A stretch of DNA of 63,982 bases, counting the filler, from Bigelowiella natans CCMP2755 (taxonomy: Eukaryota > Protista > Cercozoa), in the NCBI GenBank assembly GCA_000320545.1. It is 4 parts of 4 records of this genome, joined end to end, with 100 filler letters (N's around TTAATTAATTAA, not from the genome) between each part and the next. Parts side by side here need not be neighbours in the genome. Positions count along the whole stretch, not along the records: positions 1 to 30,843 come from ADNK01003435.1; 3 more parts are not named here. One strand, given 5' to 3'. Shown piece by piece: positions 1 through 12,752 of this stretch. The translations under genes and the position numbers were made by a program. The notes beneath the pieces were generated by a model, which searched no databases, was not told the origin of the DNA, and worked only from the letters and a program-made list of their open reading frames with translations. Position 1 is the stretch's first letter; each line of letters starts with the position of its first letter.

Positions 1-3000
1 CTTTCCTTCCTTTAGTTTACGTTCATATCGGAGCGATGACGAAGGCCGCTTCTTTGCGTTTCTTCTCTCCCTTTCAGCTGCAAGCTCATCTTTCGTATAA
101 TCTTGGAGATCAATGATCCAATCTCTTAACTCCTTTGACTCGGCACACTCTATCGGACTTTTCATAGCACTATAAACGTAGATGATTTTGGAAAACGATC
201 AATATTAGACGAGAAAATGGAGGAGATAGGAACCCGTATCAGGCAGTAGCACCAGCAGCAGTATTAACCAAAGCCTACGACTTAATTTAAGTATTCGCTT
301 CTCTCTCTCTCTCCCCCTCTCTTATTCGTACCTATTCCCAAGGCAGCGGTTGGCAGCTCCCTTTGTTACTAGAAACTCCACGATCTTCTTACTCTCTGGA
401 AGCTTCTCGCATGCAAGATGTAGTGCAGAGTTGCCCTTGATATTCTGCGCATTGGCGCTTGCACCACTTTGGACGAGAGCACTGACAACATCGAGCTTCA
501 TGTACCATACTGCTGAATGTAGAAGCGTAGAATTACTGCTGCTACTATTTTGCGCCAGAGTGTCCAAATGCAAATCCTCGTTGTTCCCAGTAAAAAGGCT
601 TTTGTTTTTCTTTAGCAAATCTAGGATCTCATGTGCGTCTCGGCATTTCTTCGAGATTATGTGTTGGCTAAGCTCCTCAAAGATTTTCCTAGCAAGCTTC
701 ATTTTTGGATCCAGCCCAGGCGTCCTCTGTGAAGCACGTCGTCCACTCCTCATGTCATCGCTCAATTTTCCTACTTTTGCATCCTTCTCTGACTGAGTAA
801 GCGGCCGAAGTCCCAGCAGCCAGTCCTTAAGCTCGCTGGGGACGATACTAGCAGCGCATTTGCCAGCGAGACTCTTCCTGAATCTATTACCATTGCTGGA
901 GACCATAAGCTCAACGATTCGCTTACTTTCGGGAAGTTTCTCACAAGCAAGGTGCAAAGCCGTATTCATCTTAACATTTGCTACGTTTGGGTCGGCCTTG
1001 AGAGTAAGGAGCTGTGATACCACTGAGGTGTTCAGGAACCTACATCATCATAAAAGAGATGGAAGTAAGAAGGATGGTGAGCACCGACGCCGCTTCACCA
1101 ATTAACAGTCTAATCATAACATGATTACGCTACACAACCGTAGTACTTCAGCCACATTGTTATCCTTCTCTATACTCACTCATAACTCACCAGGCTGCTG
1201 AGTGCAGTAAAGTGGAATTGCTGGCTCCGATAGGTGTGTTAATGTCTTTGACAGTGGAACTATCCCCAAATAGATCCGCATTATCCACCATGAGTTTCAC
1301 GATTTTGTCCTCCTCGCGGCAGCGCTTCTTCAGCACCAATTTTGTAAGCGTATCGAATACTTCATCAGCTCTCTTGAGTTTCATATCAGTGCGCGCAGAC
1401 CGTGGACGAGAGTTACTTCTACTTCGTTCATTCTTACTCTTGGCAATTTTCTCGTCACGATCGAGCGGACGCAAGTTGATGAACCACTTACGCATGTTTG
1501 CCGGGACACATTTTAATGGCGTCTTGCCATCTGAAGAGGCAAGATGTCGGTTTCCTTTCGTCATGAAATTTTCATTGAGCACTAATGTCTCTACGATATC
1601 TTTGCCCTCTGGCAGCTTCTCACAAGCCAAAAGGAGTGGGGAATTCCCCTTGACGTTCTGTGCGTTTGGACTTGCAAGGCACAAGAGAAGCTTCTTCACA
1701 ACATCGATCTTTTGGTACCTGATGATAGCACATGATAATCATGACAACTATGGTAGGTATTGTTGTTGCCGTATATAACACAACTAATGCTGCTTTGAGC
1801 TGTATTTATCGTCTAAACGCTACGAAATCACTGAAAACCATTCTCTTCGCTAATGGATAACCCAGGTTTCCAATTGACCATTCCGTATTTAATGCATTTT
1901 TGGACATGCTATGAGGGAAAGAACGAGAAGAAGAGAAACATAAATGCAGAGGGTTAATACTGACCAGACGGCGGAGTGCAGAAAAGTGGAGTTGCTGCTA
2001 CTTGTCGTGATGCCGTAGCTCGCAGGAGAGTCGATACTAACATAGCGGACGGATCCACAAAATAGTTCCTTATACTTGTCTAGCATACTTACTATCTCCT
2101 TTTCATCCCTGCACTTTTTCTTAACAATCAAGGTGCTGAGCTGCTCATAAATATCCTTTGCCAGTTTCTGTTTGGCGGGATCAAGCAGATTCGCTTGATC
2201 TGCATTGACAGCCTTTCGGGATGCGGCGTGGGCCTTTGCTTCTTCTTCGGCCAGGGAGAGAGGCTTAAGATCAAGCATCCATTTTTTTAGGCTGCTTGGT
2301 GCCAAGCCCATAGCAGTTTTGCCAGCCACGGTGGAGTTATAACGATTCCCACCTTTGGCAACAAGACGCGAGACAACGTCTTTGGTTTCAGGCAATTTCT
2401 CGCACGCGAGATGCAGAGGGGAATTGCCCTTAATGTTCTGGGCATTTGGATCAGCCTTAATTGCAAGCAGCTTGTCGATCACCGGCAAGTTCTTGAACCA
2501 TACTGCCGAATGGAGAAGCGTCGATTTTCCGCGGCCAATAGGGGTGTTGATGCTGGTGCTGTCATCTGAGAATAATTTTCCTTTCTCCTCAAGTAATGCA
2601 AGGATTTTTGCCTCTTCACGACATTTGCCTTTCGCAATTAGAGCTTGAACAGCTTGAAATGCCTTCTCGGCCTCTGCCTTCATCCTTACAGGAGAGCGGC
2701 TGCGACCTCTCCGTTTACCCGGTTTAGATTTCTCTTCCTCTGCGTTCAAAGCGCGTAAATCTTTGAACCACCCTTGTAGGTCACTAGGAACCTTCTTCTC
2801 TGGTGTAGAGCCGTCTGCAGCCTCGAGGTAGCGGTTGCCACCAGCTTGGACTAACATCTCAACGACAGCTTTACTTTCTGGCAGTTTTTGGCAAGCAAGA
2901 TGGAGAGGTGAGTTGCCCTTGATGTTGGTCGCGTCCGGATCGGCCTTGACTTCCAGTAGCGCCTTTACCACTTTATCGCTTATGAACCAGGATGCAGAGT

Positions 3001-3160
3001 GAAGCAAGGTGGATTTACCAGCCCCGAGTCCACTGTTTATATCCCTCTGCTTCGACAGAAACACATCCTTATGATCCTGGAGCAAACCGGCGATCTTATC
3101 CGCCTCGCGGCACCTTTTACGCACAAGCGCCTGTATCTCACTGAACACTTGGTCTGCCAT
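1..3160 (-). CDS. Multi-exon ankyrin-repeat protein with at least 5 tandem ~150-aa modules; runs off the left window edge, 5' end uncertain
   Basis: ORFs 1889-3160, 1187-1699 and 322-1023 repeat the module 'K.K.CR..EI..LL...IN....STLLHSA.W...ADPNAQN(I/V)KGNSPLHLACEKLPE...LV..GGNR', which contains ankyrin TPLH-type motifs. GT-AG introns link the exons. A further exon, 169 down to 1 (SAMKSPIECAESKELRDWIIDLQD...), stays open to the edge. Confidence 0.85.
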
Positions 3161-4270
3161 AACCTTTCCAAATTCTTAGAACACCGGAATACCGAATATA
3201 CTCGCTTGTCGAATGAGGGGAGAGGCGGATTGATAAAACAGAGATATGGTAACGTGTGTACGAAACTACCATTTTAATCTCTACGACATGGCATAAGATC
3301 TATTTTTGTCAGAATTCAAGGTGATTTCATTCGTAGTTTCGGCTGGAGAAAGGAGAAGGTGGCAATTCCAAAATTTACTGTTTTTCGTCAACTAGATCTA
3401 GTCACAGATGGTAGATGTAGGCTCCCATATCGACATTCCAAAAGGGACCCATTTCTGACTACGACAACAGAATAAATTGAGATTTATTTATTCTAAGCCC
3501 CTGAAGTCAGATTTGTCGTTTGGCAAAAATCGTCTGGTTTCTGCTCTTTGGCGTTCGTTGTCGTACTTAACAATTCGTAACCGTTAAATTCGTCCCATTC
3601 GTAGTAGCTCTTGCTCTCGTCCCCCCGACTAACCTCCCTCTCCTGACCGGGACGATTGCGATAGGATTGTTTGTGCAAACTCTCAATACAATCCTTTCGG
3701 ATTGATCTAGTACATCGAACTTCGCTGGATTCTCACTCTGAGCTGAAGAGGGGGAGGAGGAGGCAGGGTAAGAAAAATCAAAAGCTCTCTTCCAAGGAGT
3801 ATCTCTTTAATTAACTCTTGCTCTCCTCTTCCTCCCCCTCCTCCTCTTCTTCTTTTTATCCTTCTTCTTCATCATCATCTTCTACTTCTTCTTCCTCCTC
3901 CTCCTCCTCTTCTTCTTTTTATCCTTCTTCTTCTTCTTCATCATCATCTTCTTCCTCCTCCTCCTCCTCCTACTCCTCTTTATCCCTCTCCATCCATCTG
4001 GTATGTTAACTCTTTTTCCTTCACCTAAATAAAGGATGGCTTGGCTTGCTGGGTCAAATCTGCAAAAATCACTCAATCGCAAGCTTAACGGGGGTAGTAG
4101 TGACAGGGATGGGAGAGCTCGCTCAAGCTATCGTAAAAGCCGCTTTCTCTCGGAGGTTGTCCTTCAAAATGGATTTTATTTCCTAAATTCATTCTATGCA
4201 CGAAATATTGGTAGATTGCGTTGCCATTCGAGCTGCTATCTGCTGAGTAAATAATGATCTCTTACTTAAA

Positions 4271-7200
4271 ATGGAACATCTCACAACTTTAAGCACAATG
4301 TTTGCCATTCAGCGCGAAAGGCCGAGAACATTCGATGGTGATGATAATCTGAAAGATATAGAGGACGAAATTGGTGGGGAAGAGGAAAATTATAGTGATT
4401 ATGCTCTAGATTCATCATCAGCTCATCATAATCGCCAGGGTCGATATGTGAGTAGTGATAAGGATAGAAACATCGAAGATATGGAACACATTGTTACCTC
4501 AGATGTTGCTGAAGAAGAGGATATCGAAATTGACAATGATGATAGTGAAATAATGATAGATATTGAAGATACGCCTCGTGATATTTCATCGCCTCCGTCA
4601 TCTTCCCAACAAAGAAGAATATCATCCGAACGACGGCATTCAAAACACGATCAAAACTACCACCAAAAGTCCCATCATCAAGATATAATGGTTGATGACG
4701 ATGAGTTCCTTGGAGAGATAGAATCAGATATTAAGGCAGAAAACACGTATGCTACCACCCGAAATATGAGCGATAAGATAGGTTTTAAAAACCACCATGG
4801 TGACGACAAAGAAATAGTTGGCTATGACGATGATGAGGTTGAAATAGAAATCAGTGATGAGGACGACAACGAAAACGATGGAATGATGAGTCATAATATT
4901 GTGGACGATCAGAGCATAGAAATGGATGAATATGATGATGGTGAGGATGATAACCCATCGGTCTCACTCGGCCTCGAGGAGAAAGGAGAGAAAGTGAGCA
5001 AAGACAGAGGCCGTGAACAGTACGAAGAAGAGGAGGATGAAATTATAATTAGCGACGAGGAGGAAAGCAACAATAAGGCACTATCAAATAATAATGGATT
5101 TGATCCAGGAACCAACAGTAGCAAATACGGCGACCGAATGAAGGAGGCCCAGAATAACGAATATGAAGTAGACGACTATGAGAATTATATGAACGATGAA
5201 AGTTATGCACAAGGTGCGTTCGAATCAGGGGGAGATGATCACCATCTCGAGGAAGAAATAGCGGATGATGGGGCAGCAGAAGAAGAAAATACTCACAATG
5301 ACAAGGTGCTGCTGCTGCTGCTGCTGCTGGTGGTGGTGGTGGTTTATACCAACAAAAGACAGTAGGAAAGAGAAATAAACATTTAAGAAATAAGCCCCTG
5401 AATATCGAATCATACACCCAATTTTCCCGGTATTGTCACAAGACGTGTTCATATTAAATGCTTTGGTAAATTTTATGTTAAAGTTATAGTCATTATTATC
5501 CATCATCATTACTTTGAATAACTTTCATCAAGGCCGCCGTCAGTGATAAAAAAGGAGATGGAAGAGGAGAATACCAGAATACGGACATAGGGGACGACAG
5601 CTACAGCATCATGGATGCTTCGGTGCATCAGCAGCATATTGATGATGATGATGATGATGATGGCGGTGATACTGCCGCTGGTTCAAAAAAACAGGAAAGC
5701 AACAAGAGGGAGGATGAGAATCCTAGTAGGGTGACTGTTATCTCACCAGGTGTTAATCGTAGGAGTTCCGTCCAAACCGAAGGTTGTAGTAGAAGTAATA
5801 GTACATATTGTATTGATTTGTTTATTTCCAATTCATTATGCATTTAAGTATTAGGTTATAGTAAATCATGGTGATTGATTGAGAAAAAATCGGTTAAATA
5901 AACCTTGACACGGTTGGTTGCTAATTAGTGAATAATTTCAACAGCATCAATGATGACAAGCTACCAGGATGATGACTTTGAAGAAGCTCCTCCTGATTTG
6001 GAAGATGGTGATCGTTCACCCCCTTCTCCTCCTCGTTCGAAGAAACATGGTAGTACCACCACCACCACCACCACAAGCACATATGGAGGGCAGAATCAGA
6101 AGAGGAGGAGCAACTTAGAGGGGGATAAAAATAAGGATGGAGGCCCTTCTCCACTCAACATTGCTCCTACTAATACTACACTGGACATAGAGAAGAAAAC
6201 TTCAGGGTTGGAATTGTTGTCTCACACAAGTAATAAGTCTCAACGTCGAATAGAAGACCACAGTATTATCAACTCGTCCCAGAACAATACGGAAGGCAAA
6301 CACAGTACGACGACAGCAGCTCGCATAAGTAGCAAGAATGGACCTATTATCGCAGATGAATCACGAAAGCACCAGAGATCATTAAGTATTCAATTTAACG
6401 ATGTGGAAAAACGGCTTCATTCGCTCAGAAATGGTGAGGATGATGGAGACAACACGGCTAAGAGTTCTAATAACTTTTATACTTCTTCTTCTGCTTCTTC
6501 TCATCATCATCATCATCATCAACAACAACAAGTTGATACTCATCCTGCCCCACCTCCTCCTGTACAAGCATGGGGAGATGCAGCAGCCGCAGCAGTTGCA
6601 GCAGCAGTGGCGTCCTCATCAGCAAGGGCTGCGGCAGAGATGTACCCACCGAAGGAGGTCTATGGCCATTCTGCAAAAATAGCGGTGGGTGGGTGGGTGG
6701 GTGGGTACTCATTGACTCATTGAGGGATTAGTAGTAGTTCATAGTAGTAGCGGAAGTGTATGGAAGGAATGGAGAGTTCATCTACTACTACTACTACTAC
6801 TACTACTACTATTACTACTTCTCTTACTACATGTTCATATATGGATGGTTTTAATATTATAGTTTCAGCTATTAATTTGCCGTAACACTTCATTATTTAG
6901 ATTCTAGAGGCAAAACTAAGGGAACAAGAAGCTAAACACTGTTTGGAGAGGGTAGCAATGCCCAAAAAATTAAAAGATACTTTCTGTGTGTTGTCAAGAA
7001 AAATTGGATTAAAAGTAGTGGTATCTGCATTTGTTTTGTAAAAATCAGGAACGCATTGAAAAAAGGCATTCAGAGCAACTATCCTCTTTACAACGACAAA
7101 TGGATTTGCTACAGAAACGCTTGGAGAGCCACGTTATTGCTTCCCCAAGGCCAGCCCCTGAAGATGCTAGTGGAAGAAGTAAAGGGCGAATGGGTATCCA

Positions 7201-7965
7201 TCATCAAGACCATGTAAAACAGCAGAACGATGGGGGCGAAAATCAAGATCGAAAGAGGGTTAATAATAATGGTATGTTTTCTGGGGGGAGGCACCATGAA
7301 CAATACCCTCACCAAGTACCAAATCACCAGAATAATAATAGTGCTGCTCCAAACTTCGGTGCTCCTCCCTATACAAGGGCTTATAATTATGCTCCTAGCA
7401 ACACAGCCCATACCAGCGGAATTCATCATCCACTTATGTTCCACCCCCCTCCACCCTACAACGTACCTCCCCCTCCACCACATCAATATCTTCCACCATA
7501 CATGATCGCACCTCCCTTGTCATATACATCTCCACAACCAGCCATGGCAGCAGAATCAGAGATTTTTGGAGAACAGATGCTCTCTATCCTGCGCTCTATT
7601 CAGGTGATACTAACAACATTTGTTCACGGGTATAATCTCAATGATTGAAATTTGAAGGTGCATCTAAATTTTGCTTGTGTTATTTATTTATCATTCAGGC
7701 TTGTAAGTCTCTCATGAGTTACGAAGCACGGGAAGACGAAGCTTTTGGATCCCTTTTTGATCTCCATCAGGTCCTTGGAGAAGATACAGCAAGATCATCG
7801 AAGAACCCTCAGGGGCCAAGTCTCTCTTCTAGAAGAGTGAATGTGAGGCAAAATAATTTTTTCCCAGATGTCGGGCCTGAAATAGTGCCGGGAAATTTCC
7901 AGGCTGCAAGGGGTCCAACGCCGCTTACAATGGAACAGGCATTAAAGATTGTCGATGCTCAGTAA
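4271..7965 (+). CDS. Multi-exon hypothetical protein: acidic D/E-rich disordered N-terminus, short coiled coil, Pro/Tyr-rich segment
   Basis: Same-strand ORFs 4271-5365, 5611-5847, 5950-6723, 7031-7648 and 7645-7965 with plausible GT/AG boundaries. Coiled-coil-like ERIEKRHSEQLSSLQRQMDLLQKRLE. No family recognised; true start may be upstream (e.g. ATG at 4036). Confidence 0.6.
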
Positions 7966-8568
7966 TCGTATCATGAGGCTGCACACAATCGATCTACTGT
8001 ACTGGCTGTTCATTGCAACGGCAAAAAGACACAATTTTGTGATGTATACACATCTGTGCATCCATAGCAAAAAAGAACCATGCAAGTAAGACACTAGTGT
8101 CACTTTAGACCGTACAGTTTGAACAGTGCATTAAGGTGGAGTCTAAAGACAGTTAAAGACATTTATTGCGTATGAATTCCGCGTGCTGTGGAAACACAAC
8201 GTACTCTAGTACTGTGGGATAGCTAGATGGTTGCCACTGATCTAATGATGCGCTGTGACCAACATCTGCTGCAAGAGTGTGGCATCGTCACAATGCGTTG
8301 TGCATGCATGCGCATGGCGATCGATTGCTTCGCTTCATCAGCATCAACACATCTTACCATCGATCTCATCTACGTACTGGCGCGCCGTCATCATCATACA
8401 CAAACAGAATTACACCACTATGAGCAACTTGCGCATGCTCAATGTGCATCATGCCGCGTCTAGCTAACGGCTGCACATTACAATTTAGACATGGCAGTCC
8501 GATAATTGATTAATATTAAATCAACAGAATAAAAAATTTTACACGCGAGTAGGAGTAGTAAGCGCGGT

Positions 8569-10135
8569 TTAATTAAAACCACCACCAATTTTTCCTAGGT
8601 TACCTAAGTTAAGTGTGAATGTTGATTCAAATGGTGCTCTATGTTACGATACGAACTCAAAAATGAGTTTCCTCTTCAGGTTAAATTGTTACCTTGGAAC
8701 CAGTCTCCGAGGTTATCAATAGGGGTTTTAGGGATATCCTATCAGTTTAAACAACATTTTTTATGGAAAATTATCAGCTGAACAAATTTAGAGTTACGAG
8801 TATGCCTCTACAATACCTCTGCGGCAGGAATTTTGGTGATTCCTTCTGCTTTATACCATTCATCTGGATTATCGCGATCACGAATCTTGTAGCCGTATTC
8901 AAATACCTGTTTTCGAAGCAGCCGCTATACTGAATATTTTGTAACTTACAATTTATTATCGTTCGATCTCTTCCTACAAACCCTTTTAGTTTTGCTTTTC
9001 AATTGTAGGAATTTGTTGTCAAGTTTTTGCTCAGTTTATTCGAATCCTGGTAGATTGCAGCTAAACCAGCAGTTTAAGAAGTACAATAAAAGCATGATCT
9101 CAGTCAAAAGTCGCATACAACAGCTGTTAATTTTTTTAGTCCACGAACTTGCAATGTTTCGGGTTAAGGTATCGTCTAGAGTCTTTCCGAACAAGTTTTT
9201 CCCAAATTCGTTTCGCTGCTGCGAAATGATTGCATTTGCCTGCCAGCCGCCCTTCACCCTGAAGAGCGTATTTTTGAGATGATGAAGTTAGTAGCAATTG
9301 AGGAGGTGCTGCTACTTCCCACCCTGAGATACGGAAGATACTATTTATATGAGAAATTTGGATTACATGCTCATAGGAAGCCACGTGCGCTGCATTCGTG
9401 AACGAACGAAGATAACAAATTCTTCATTCTGAGGATCCACAGGAGGGGTAGGAGGACTAAAAGGATTTTTAGAACAATCAAAACAGAAAACATACTTAAT
9501 GCATATATGTTACACCTGATAGACAGATATTCAAAAAATCCTACATAACTATATTACATGTTTCGCATAACGCGGCCAGGTTCTTGACCACGGCGCATCG
9601 TTTGTTTGCCCTTAGCAGCTGTCGAACATGAACACGAATAGGTTAACATGTGAAACAGAAGAAAGTCTCCCTATATACTTTAAGAGAAATTCACCCATGC
9701 TAACATCCCGACGAATAGATCGGCCACGGCCTGTCATGGTAAATGGATTTGAAAATATGAATTCACTATCCACTCAATCCTACAATGAACTACTTGCATA
9801 CCGAGCGTGCTGCCTAAAGGCATCGATTTCATTGACGATCTCAATGGAGCGCAAAGTCCTACCTAATGAAGAAAACATGCAATTATTTTCTTTAATTGAT
9901 GAAATTAAATAGGCCGACAGCTTCGACATTTTCCCAGCTGCAACACCTTAGCATTTGCCACGGAAGCCATCAATTGATCATTGGTACCCGAAAAGGCATA
10001 TGAGGCAAGGAACACGGTAGCAACCACTCCAATGACTGCAGTGAGAAGGCTATAATTTCTTCTTATCGTATTTCTTCTGGGAACGTGTGCGGTGTACATG
10101 GTCTGTGGACAGGGGTATGGCAGACCGGGAGCCAT
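8569..10135 (-). CDS. HHL1: HHL1-like (HYPERSENSITIVE TO HIGH LIGHT 1) photosystem II repair protein with bipartite plastid-targeting leader, ~9 small exons
   Basis: Hand-spliced exons read PPTPPVDPQNEEFVIFVRSRMQRTWLPMS / VKGGWQANAIISQQRNEFGKNLFGKTLDDTLTRNIA / TAIYQD / VFEYGYKIRDRDNPDEWYKAEGITKIPAAE. These match the recalled HHL1 pattern FVIF.R...W.P.S...GG..A...RNIA..IY.D...F.YGYK. Exon 1 has a hydrophobic signal-like stretch (LLTAVIGVVATVFLASYAFS). I could not resolve one continuous frame across ~8970-9060. Confidence 0.75.
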
Positions 10136-10689
10136 TCAAGTTGTATGCAAGATTTCACATCATAATGGAGAAAATGCAGGAGCAAATATAGCTACGACAT
10201 CATATCATACTTGACGTTGAAGCTCGTCTTACTGCAAACTTCTTTTCTGAAACCCACCGCTCTAAGTTTAAGTCCCTGATCTCCCAAAGCACCGGTAAGT
10301 TTTTATGTATTTTCACAATACGACTGAAAAAATGACGTGACGTCCGAACCGTATGGTCTCCGAATATGAAATCTGGAGCACTGATCGGCGATTTGTTTAC
10401 TGAGAAAGAACCACGTCTCACTCATTTTGCCTAATAGGGCCGAGAAAGAAGGGGCGTTCATGCTATCTGCGACAACAAATAGAATTATATCTAGACATTT
10501 GTGTCTAGAAGTCTCAATTATATTTGTCGTACCTAGATGATTGCCTTGTACGAAAAGTATTCACATTAATGGAATACAAACCTTGTCGCTATGTAAAAAT
10601 CTCATGCCAAAAAAAAAGGAAGGAGTTGGTTCTGCACCCTTGGTATTATTTTAAGGAGCATCTCGCCCCTCCCTCTCTCTTGACGTGTG

Positions 10690-11938
10690 ATGCTCGGCCT
10701 TTTGCTGTTATTGCTACCCAACACTCACGCTTCATGGCGGCCTGGATTGAGATCAAACGCTATGGGAGACGCACCTCGACGGCGTTCCGAATTCGTAAAG
10801 AGCAAGTGGGCAAATCGGGAAATGAGAAAGAAAGACTACGTCATTTCGGTTCCACAATCGTCGAACGCTCTTCCTGAGAGCTACAACCCCTGTGAGTTGG
10901 GGCTATGCACTACAAGCCTTAACCAGCATATTCCACAGGTAGGAATGCCATCAAATTGAAACATAATTTCTTGGAAAGAGTTATTCCTCCTTCCTTTAAG
11001 GCTGCTGACTACCCTTTGACATCATTGTTTGCATGATGATGTTTCATCAGTACTGTGGGAGCTGTTGGGCGCATGCTGCAGTAAGCTCCTTGAGTGACAG
11101 GATACTTAAACTTCGTACTGTCAATAATGATCTCGGCCCAGAAATCGTTCTGAGTGTCCAACACATTCTTAACTGCCCTCTCATTGAGCAAGAAGATGAG
11201 AATTCTCAGGCAGGTTCCTGCTACGGTGGGGATATTGCAAGCCCTTACGAACTAATCAAATACAGATTTTCAATGACTGTCGAAGGAGACAGTTTATCAG
11301 GTAAAGGGTTGGCATATTACACCGAGGCACCATATCTGGCATGCTCTTCTGACTCAGAACAAGGCTTTTGCAGTAACAACAAGGTGCAGGAGCTTCTCAC
11401 TTGTACTCCGAAAAACGTTGCAAGGACATGCAGCACCTTCACCGAGAACGGAGGCTCTTGCGTCGAAATTGAAGAATACCCTAACGCAAAGATTCATCAA
11501 ATTGGGCAAGTATCTGGAGTTGAACAGATCAAGCAGGAGCTTTTCACAAGGGGTCCGATTTCGTGTGGTGTCGATGCCATGCCATTAATAAACTACACTA
11601 CAGGCATTATAACTGATAAAGGCAGTGGAATAGACCACGTTATATCGGTGGTGGGATGGGGTGTAGAAGGTAACATGGAGTACTTTATTGCTAGAAATAG
11701 TTGGGGACAATACTGGGGAGAAGATGGGTTCTTCAGGTTTTCAGTCGATGCTCTGAGTATAAATGAAGAGCCTTGCGCATATGGTACAATCAAGAGCTAT
11801 ACATTAGCTGACACTCAAATACACTATTCGGAGGATGGACTAAAACTGGATGGACCCGAAGTCGCTTCGTCCCTCCATGCCTCAGAGGCAATGACACTCA
11901 AGGAAAGAAAAAGTGATAGATTTCCTGTCAGAGGGTAG
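10690..11938 (+). CDS. CTSZ: Cathepsin Z/X-like papain-family (C1A) cysteine peptidase, 2 exons (10690-10938, 11051-11938)
   Basis: Signal peptide MLGLLLLLLP. The splice junction restores the cathepsin X signature NQHIPQ|YCGSCWAH (catalytic Cys). DHVISVVGWG (His) and RNSWGQYWGEDGFFR (Asn) are present. Confidence 0.92.
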
Positions 11939-12752
11939 GAGTTGTTACACAGTGCGAGAAGGAAATTGCGAGTTGATTGCAAGTTTGCATCAAATAAATG
12001 TGATCCAGAAATTGTCATGTCTCTAAATCTAGAAATATCAACACAAATACAGTGTAGACATATACTAGTCTAGATCGACATGTGCTTAGCTAGCTAGCTA
12101 GCTCTTGAGCTAGATAGCTCTGGCCAAGTTTGTTTGGTAAATAGGGCACAACTCAGACTAGACAAGGCAATTTGGTAAACAATTTACTAGTTTAATGGCT
12201 CATCCCGCGCTAGCGCGGTTTTCACACATGTCTAGCTAGCTAGATCTAGACACATCAATGTGTAGCTAGCTAGCTAGCTAGCTGGCACAATGCGTGCGTA
12301 GTATGTTGCATATTTTGTGTGCATCAATTTAGGCAGCTGTCTAGCTAGCTAGCTGTGCTGCGTCCGATTGAGACATCAAGATGACATTGTGCATGTGCTG
12401 ATCTAGCTAGCTAGCTAGCTAGCTAGAGGATTTCTAGATCTGTCACAGCAACAAGCTAGCAAGCTAGCTAGCATGTCTAGCTAGCTGTCTAGCTGTGCAA
12501 ATTCTTCCGTTTTTGAAACGGCGCAGCTCACTTGCCATCATGGCCTCATCTAGCTCATTCCCACACACATTTATGATGTCTAGATGTGGTGAATGATGGC
12601 AAATTGTGAGCACTGATGCGACATGCACGGCTTTCTTGACGCTTTCCTTAGTTTTACATCTTGAGCAATCTGAATGTTGAAGTTGCGCAACTTGTTAGAC
12701 AGGGTGTCAATCATTGCAACATTGAGCACATGTAGCGCTTCTCATTTTTCAC

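Noticed and set aside
350-2648. Plus-strand ORFs opposite the ankyrin gene, and similar antisense ORFs over the Lys1, F-box and GST genes
   Set aside because: Antisense shadows of real coding exons with no recognisable motifs.
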